Below the pieces are notes generated by a model, which had not been told where the DNA came from, searched no databases, and was given only the letters and a program-made list of their open reading frames with translations. Source: a virus (Duplodnaviria; Caudoviricetes). Taken from it: a DNA stretch of 31,598 bases. The stretch is taken from IMG/VR virus record IMGVR_UViG_3300032301_000514, positions 1 to 31,598 of that record; one strand, 5' to 3'. The translations under genes were made by a program, and so were the position numbers. Positions 27,179 through 31,598 of the stretch are shown one piece after another (within the stretch, counting starts at the first letter, position 1; each line of letters starts with the position of its first letter).

Positions 27179-27562
27179 TCAAAGGTCACGAACACGTGAT
27201 GGAAAACCAGAATACATTGTTGACCAGATTGTCGGTTCTTCATCAAAGACCAGTTCATCATGGTCATCAAAGTCAAAACCGAATGCAGTGACATCATCAT
27301 TGATGATTTCTTCAATCAGACTGCAAAGAAGATTGATATTCCTTTGATTGATTTCAACCGAATGATTCCTTTCATCATCGAATTCGAATGAATGAACCTT
27401 CACATCAATTTCATAAAATCTTCCATTTCCATCATGTGACCTTGTGTTGATGTCAAAATCAAATTGAAACATCAAATCAGTTCTTCCATTGAACTTGATT
27501 GTTCCGAATCCTTCATCATTTTGATGGTGTTCGATTTCCAGTGTCCAGTTTCTTCTTTTCAT
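27179..27562 (-). CDS. Acidic hypothetical protein
   Basis: 127 aa, about 28 D/E versus 12 K/R by hand count. Confidence 0.75.
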   Translation of the reverse strand: MKRRNWTLEIEHHQNDEGFGTIKFNGRTDLMFQFDFDINTRSHDGNGRFYEIDVKVHSFEFDDERNHSVEINQRNINLLCSLIEEIINDDVTAFGFDFDDHDELVFDEEPTIWSTMYSGFPSRVRDL

Positions 27563-27966
27563 GATTTCAGTTGTTTTGTAAGGTCATGAAGTTGTCCTTG
27601 AAGTTCATTGATTTTTGACTTGATTTTTTCATTTTCTTCATCCATAATGAATTCAATTGATTCCAGTTCAAGAATCTTTTTTGTCGATTCTTCAATGATG
27701 TGATTGAATTCAGATGTCTTCATCAAATATCCAAATGTGATGGATTTCGAAAAGTTCATCACTTCGATTTTTTTTGAATATTCATTCACCATTGAAAATG
27801 TGATTGACCAGTCTTTCTTTGTGAAGTCTGAAAAGTACACATTGACTTCAAGATTTGTTTCTTCCATTTTGATTTTCGTGAATCCACTTGTGAAGTTGTG
27901 TTTGTGACCATGATTTGCAAATCTTTGTGCAAGGTCAAGAAATTGTTTTGTGTTTTTTGGTGTCAT
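27559..27966 (-). CDS. Hypothetical protein with C-terminal coiled coil
   Basis: Likely start MTPKNTK after the leader CAATCTAAAAACAGAA. Confidence 0.75.
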   Translation of the reverse strand: MTPKNTKQFLDLAQRFANHGHKHNFTSGFTKIKMEETNLEVNVYFSDFTKKDWSITFSMVNEYSKKIEVMNFSKSITFGYLMKTSEFNHIIEESTKKILELESIEFIMDEENEKIKSKINELQGQLHDLTKQLKS

Positions 27967-27989
27967 TTTTTCTGTTTTTAGATTGTGAA

Positions 27990-28016
27990 AGACTGGTGTG
28001 CATTTCACACCAGTCT
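27990..28016. other. Perfect 11-bp intergenic hairpin (processing site, attenuator or weak terminator)
   Basis: AGACTGGTGTG-CATTT-CACACCAGTCT. Confidence 0.65.
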
Positions 28017-28028
28017 GATTTGATTTGA

Positions 28029-28574
28029 TTATTTATTTCGAATTGTTGTTATGAATCTGAAATGTGGTGCTTTGATTTCACCACAAGCAAAGATTGTTCT
28101 TGCATGAAGTTGAATTTTGTCATCTGAAATCAAGAATTCAAATTCTGATGGTGTTCCACCACTGATTTTTTCTAATTTCAAAAAGGTTCTTGTGATTTTT
28201 GCTTCAATCATTTTGCAAACCATTGTTTCAATTTTTTGATTGAATGACTTGTCTGCATCATTGATGAATTCCAAAGTTTGCAACATTTCTGGTCTTCTTC
28301 TTGATTCAATCAATTTGATGTGTTTGTCTTTGTGTTCTTGTGAATTCCATCCAGTTTTGATTGAAATTTCAGCATCTTGAACTTTTTTAATTGATTTTTG
28401 AATCAACATTTCTTCCATTTTCATCATAAATTGAATGTATTCTTTCAAATATAAATTTTTGAAATCTTTCAAATTTCGGTTCAAAAGTGAAGTTAAACAA
28501 TCTTTTGCATCCTTGATTCTTTTCAATTCTGCATTGCTAACTGATTGATTTTGTGTGTTTTGTGTGTTTTTCAT
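28029..28574 (-). CDS. Hypothetical early protein
   Basis: Start MKNTQNTQ downstream of a TATATTTG promoter. Confidence 0.75.
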   Translation of the reverse strand: MKNTQNTQNQSVSNAELKRIKDAKDCLTSLLNRNLKDFKNLYLKEYIQFMMKMEEMLIQKSIKKVQDAEISIKTGWNSQEHKDKHIKLIESRRRPEMLQTLEFINDADKSFNQKIETMVCKMIEAKITRTFLKLEKISGGTPSEFEFLISDDKIQLHARTIFACGEIKAPHFRFITTIRNK

Positions 28575-28601
28575 GATTTTTAGTTTTCTGTTTTGTTTCT
28601 G

Positions 28602-28609
28602 CAAATATA
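28602..28609 (-). promoter_or_regulatory. Bacteroidota -7 promoter element TATATTTG
   Basis: TAnnTTTG with a TTG 22 nt upstream. Confidence 0.72.
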
Positions 28610-28639
28610 CTTATTTTTTTATATTATAACACAATGCAC

Positions 28640-28672
28640 AAAAAAAGATGCATTTTTTTTTCATGCACCTTC
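28640..28672 (-). terminator. Intrinsic terminator after the HTH gene
   Basis: Minus strand AAGGTGCAT-GAAAAAAAA-ATGCATCTT-TTTTT. Confidence 0.6.
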
Positions 28673-28678
28673 TTTCAA

Positions 28679-28891
28679 TTATTTTTTATTCAGGAATTCA
28701 CCAATTTTTTCAAGTGTGCTGGAATGCATTCCTTTCTTCTTTTCTTTGGTGTTCATGAATTCCCACAAATGTGACTGATGAATTTTTGCATTTCTTGCAA
28801 ATTCGGTCAATGTGATGTTGTTTTTTTCAATGTGTGACTGAATCAATTGTTTCACATTTGCATTCAAGTCTTTCAATTCTTCTGATTTCAT
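28679..28891 (-). CDS. Cro/CI-like helix-turn-helix regulator
   Basis: ITLTEFARNAKIHQSHLWEF...STLEKI XRE-like pattern, 70 aa. Confidence 0.8.
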   Translation of the reverse strand: MKSEELKDLNANVKQLIQSHIEKNNITLTEFARNAKIHQSHLWEFMNTKEKKKGMHSSTLEKIGEFLNKK

Positions 28892-28924
28892 TATATTTTT
28901 ATTTAAAGTGATGAATAATTTATT

Positions 28925-29053
28925 TTATGATTTTTCCAAATCATTTATAGCTTTTATTTTTAGCACAATATGAATGATTTCAAACATTTCTGTTTCAGTC
29001 AAAATCAAACCATGTTCTTCATTCATGTGATTAAAAAGTTCTTGAAAATTCAT
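28925..29053 (-). CDS. Small hypothetical protein (42 aa, MNFQELFNHMNEEHGLIL...), absent from the ORF track
   Basis: Translated by hand; fills the gap between DUF3127 and HTH genes. Confidence 0.55.
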   Translation of the reverse strand: MNFQELFNHMNEEHGLILTETEMFEIIHIVLKIKAINDLEKS

Positions 29054-29060
29054 CTGCTTA

Positions 29061-29477
29061 TTAAAATGGTGGTTCATTTACATCATCAAGAAATGATGTC
29101 AAAGGTTTCTTTTCTGGTTGTGATGGTTGTTCTGGTGCTTTTTGTTCCATCTGCTGGAATGTTTTTTGTTCGAATGATGTTCCAGATGTATTTCCATAAC
29201 TGATTGACCATGCTTCAATTGAATTGAACCACTTCTTGACACCTTCTTTTGATGTCCATGACCTTCCACGAATGTTGATTGATGCATCGATGATGTCACC
29301 GAATTTCAGATTGTTCAGAAGGTCACATCTGTCTTGTGTGACCTGAACTTGAATTTCTTGTGGAAATTTTCCTTCTGTCTGAATTACAAATTCACGTTTT
29401 TTGAATTTTTCAGACATGATTTCCAGTTGTCCAATGTGGATGATTTGTCCAGATATTTTCATGATTTGATTTTCCAT
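29061..29477 (-). CDS. DUF3127-family OB-fold/SSB-like protein
   Basis: FKKREFVI...FPQ.I....QD+CDLL...INIRGR.W...WFNSIEAW; acidic tail ending PF. Confidence 0.85.
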   Translation of the reverse strand: MENQIMKISGQIIHIGQLEIMSEKFKKREFVIQTEGKFPQEIQVQVTQDRCDLLNNLKFGDIIDASINIRGRSWTSKEGVKKWFNSIEAWSISYGNTSGTSFEQKTFQQMEQKAPEQPSQPEKKPLTSFLDDVNEPPF

Positions 29478-29496
29478 TTTTCTTTGTTTTTATTGT

Positions 29497-30228
29497 TTAA
29501 ATTATTGAATATAAAGTTGAATAAATTTCACGACATTCTTCAATTCGTGCTTTCATTTTGTCAATGACTTCTTCATCTGCTTTGATGATGAATCTTTTCA
29601 CACGTTTTTCATCTGGAACATTTCCGAATGTCATTTGTTGTCTGATGACCAAATCAAAATGGTCTTCAATTTCACTTTGTGTCATGTCTTCAAATATTGG
29701 ATTTCCAAGATTCTTCCAGACTGCACGATTGACTTCATCCAGAATCATTTGTTCAGGTGAATCAGTCAAGCAATAAACCAGTTCACATCGGTTCTTGTTT
29801 GTCAACCAACAATATGACTGCATCTGATAAAAATAGTCTTGATTTGGAATGTCAGTTTCTGAATCATCTGGATGAAACATCGGAAATGTCAATGCATTCC
29901 ATGATGATTTGACATCTGCAAGAACTGCTTTTGTGTTGATGTCTGGTTTTCCAGTGATGAAATCATTCACCAGTCTTTGTTGTTCAGTGTCTGCATCCAC
30001 ATCAAACCAGTTCAAAACCTTTGATGCAAGTCTGATTGATGTCTTTTCATTCTGGATTCCTTTTTCCAGATATTTTGAAGTGATGTCTTTTCTGAAACCA
30101 TACTTGTCAAACAAGACAATTTCTTTCAATGAAGTCAGTGCAGTTGCACCGATTTTTTTTCCACTTCTGTCATTTGTCATCAACTTTCCAATTTGTGATG
30201 CACGTGCAATGAATTGATTCTTTTCCAT
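29497..30228 (-). CDS. YqaJ/lambda-exonuclease-like PD-(D/E)xK nuclease
   Basis: RASQIG, KG..NE, TGKPD, DVKSSW, YFYQMQ.Y; next to ERF. Confidence 0.85.
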   Translation of the reverse strand: MEKNQFIARASQIGKLMTNDRSGKKIGATALTSLKEIVLFDKYGFRKDITSKYLEKGIQNEKTSIRLASKVLNWFDVDADTEQQRLVNDFITGKPDINTKAVLADVKSSWNALTFPMFHPDDSETDIPNQDYFYQMQSYCWLTNKNRCELVYCLTDSPEQMILDEVNRAVWKNLGNPIFEDMTQSEIEDHFDLVIRQQMTFGNVPDEKRVKRFIIKADEEVIDKMKARIEECREIYSTLYSII

Positions 30229-30246
30229 GATTGTTTTTTTTTGTTT

Positions 30247-30825
30247 TTAGTTGTTTATTGATTCGATTGTGACCTTTTGTTCATTTGACAAGTCAAACGT
30301 GTTCAAGACTTCTTCTTTTGTGTATTGTCCAGCATTCACTGCACCAAGAATTGAAATGAATTGATGTTCATTCAGTTTCTTCTTCTGAACTGGTTGTGCT
30401 GGTTGTGCTGGTGTTTGTTTCACCTGACCTTTTGCATCAATGTCTTCATCTTCACTGAACACTGACAACATCGAAAGAAGACAATACCTTTTGTAATATG
30501 TGAATTTTGCACCATCAGTTTGAAAAAGATTCATTCCTTTCAATTCGATTCCAGATGGAAGGATGAAGTCAGTTTCAAGTGATTGTCCAGATTCAGTGTG
30601 AAAGATGATTGTCTTCAAATTTCCATTTCCATGAATCAGTTGTGTGAAACCGATTTGATTCTTGTGAAGAATCGGTCTGATGATTTCAATTGTCTTTGAA
30701 AGTTCTGCATAATTATATCCAAAACCTTTCTTTCCTTTTGGGATGATTGGACATTCTGATTGAAATTTTGCAAGTGCTTTGAACAATTCAATCGGTGTTT
30801 CTGTTTTGTGCATTTCGAATTCCAT
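30247..30825 (-). CDS. erf: ERF-family single-strand annealing protein
   Basis: KALAKFQ, Y.YAEL, IFH.ESGQ, G..TY.KRY.L.SML...EDEDIDA. Confidence 0.88.
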   Translation of the reverse strand: MEFEMHKTETPIELFKALAKFQSECPIIPKGKKGFGYNYAELSKTIEIIRPILHKNQIGFTQLIHGNGNLKTIIFHTESGQSLETDFILPSGIELKGMNLFQTDGAKFTYYKRYCLLSMLSVFSEDEDIDAKGQVKQTPAQPAQPVQKKKLNEHQFISILGAVNAGQYTKEEVLNTFDLSNEQKVTIESINN

Positions 30826-30829
30826 TTTT

Positions 30830-31159
30830 TTAATTGTTTTTTATTTTGTATTCATTTGAATCTTCAAACATTGTCTTTGCATTGAACATGACTTTGAATG
30901 ATGCAGTTGCTTCAAGATAACATCTGTCAACATCTTCTTCTGTCATTTCATCCATCACAAACAATCTGGTCATGACATAAAACTTGACAAACAAATTTTC
31001 TTCAATGTCATCCAGAATCACGTGTTCAATGATTTTCATGACTTCTGTCAATGTTTCTTTTCTTTTTCCAGTCTTTGATTGTTCATTCAATTGTCCAAGT
31101 GTGAACATCAATTTTTCCATCGGTGTCAATTCATTGACTTTTCTTTCTTCTGAATTCAT
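30830..31159 (-). CDS. Hypothetical protein
   Basis: 109-aa ORF with A-rich leader. Confidence 0.7.
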   Translation of the reverse strand: MNSEERKVNELTPMEKLMFTLGQLNEQSKTGKRKETLTEVMKIIEHVILDDIEENLFVKFYVMTRLFVMDEMTEEDVDRCYLEATASFKVMFNAKTMFEDSNEYKIKNN

Positions 31160-31163
31160 TTTT

Positions 31164-31598
31164 TTAGTATTTGATTGTAAATAATTTCAAACCAAAAATC
31201 TTCAATTCAAAGATTCTTTCAGTTGATTTGATTGTTCTTTTTTGTCTTTCTTTTTTTGGTGCTTCTGAAACTTCTGGTGCATCGTGTTCGATTAATTCTG
31301 AAACACATGAAGAATCAACAAGTGTTTTGTCTTGAATCAACATTTGTGTCTTTTCAGCAACTTGTTTTGAAACACGTTTATTCCAGTCAACAATCGATTC
31401 ATTGAATTCACCAAATGATTTCTTCCATTCTTGTTTTTCTTCATTCCAGTGCTTTTCAATGATTGATTCAGGTTCTTTGAATTCAAGTTCACCTTGTGGT
31501 GCAAGATTCTTTGGTTCTGATGTTCCAATTGTTGTCTTTGAAGTTTTCTTCACTGATGGAACATTGAACAATGACTTCACTGAATTCACCATTTGTGA
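31164..31598 (-). CDS. Hypothetical protein; frame is open to the window end (ATG at 31592, or ATG at 1-3 if circular)
   Basis: No stop between 31592 and 31598; joins in frame to CAT at 1-3. Confidence 0.7.
   Translation of the reverse strand, partial: SQMVNSVKSLFNVPSVKKTSKTTIGTSEPKNLAPQGELEFKEPESIIEKHWNEEKQEWKKSFGEFNESIVDWNKRVSKQVAEKTQMLIQDKTLVDSSCVSELIEHDAPEVSEAPKKERQKRTIKSTERIFELKIFGLKLFTIKY

Larger units (their letters stand above)
1..31598 (-). mobile_element. Tailed dsDNA phage genome (siphovirus-like, HK97-type head), probably complete and circularly permuted; likely Bacteroidota host
   Basis: Full set of packaging, head, tail, lysis and replication modules, all on one strand; no host genes; the ends join in frame. 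Confidence 0.9.

Noticed and set aside
28634-28668. Three ATGCAY boxes as operators for the adjacent HTH protein
   Set aside because: TGCA is very common genome-wide and two of the boxes are explained by a terminator stem; cannot be excluded but is unsupported.
30388-30413. 9-bp tandem repeat in the ERF linker (PAQPAQP); similar NTQNTQ repeat near 28550-28570
   Set aside because: Ordinary low-complexity linker duplications.
1-31598. Stop-codon reassignment, suggested by the rarity of TAG
   Set aside because: Genes tile the genome intact in the standard code; TAG ends the protease gene at 21771 just before the capsid gene; TGA and TAA are used normally.
1-31598. GAG loss as Shine-Dalgarno avoidance or simple codon bias
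   Set aside because: The loss affects the non-coding strand and all frames too, and Bacteroidota largely do not use SD pairing.

Overview
The window looks like a complete or near-complete ~31.6 kb AT-rich siphovirus-type tailed phage genome, with every credible gene on the minus strand. In reading order it holds a replication/recombination module (putative initiator with internal iterons, DnaB helicase, NinG, ERF, YqaJ-like exonuclease, DUF3127 SSB-like protein, Cro/CI-like HTH) and a cluster of small unknown genes. These are followed by TerS/TerL, HK97-type portal, protease and capsid, neck and tail genes, a 1371-aa tape measure, distal tail proteins and a lysis cassette. TAnnTTTG promoter boxes, A-rich leaders without Shine-Dalgarno motifs and DUF3127 point to a Bacteroidota host. 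I recognised no integrase, DNA polymerase, methyltransferase, tRNA or CRISPR array. The most unusual signals are: (1) near-total absence of the trinucleotide GAG/CTC and of many short palindromes on both strands; (2) a head-tail adaptor-like protein carrying a repeat domain inserted twice into a third copy of itself; (3) two promoter classes, some apparently leaderless; (4) a YkuD-like Cys/His enzyme in the endolysin position. All family calls and k-mer statements come from reading by eye, not from searches or computed counts.
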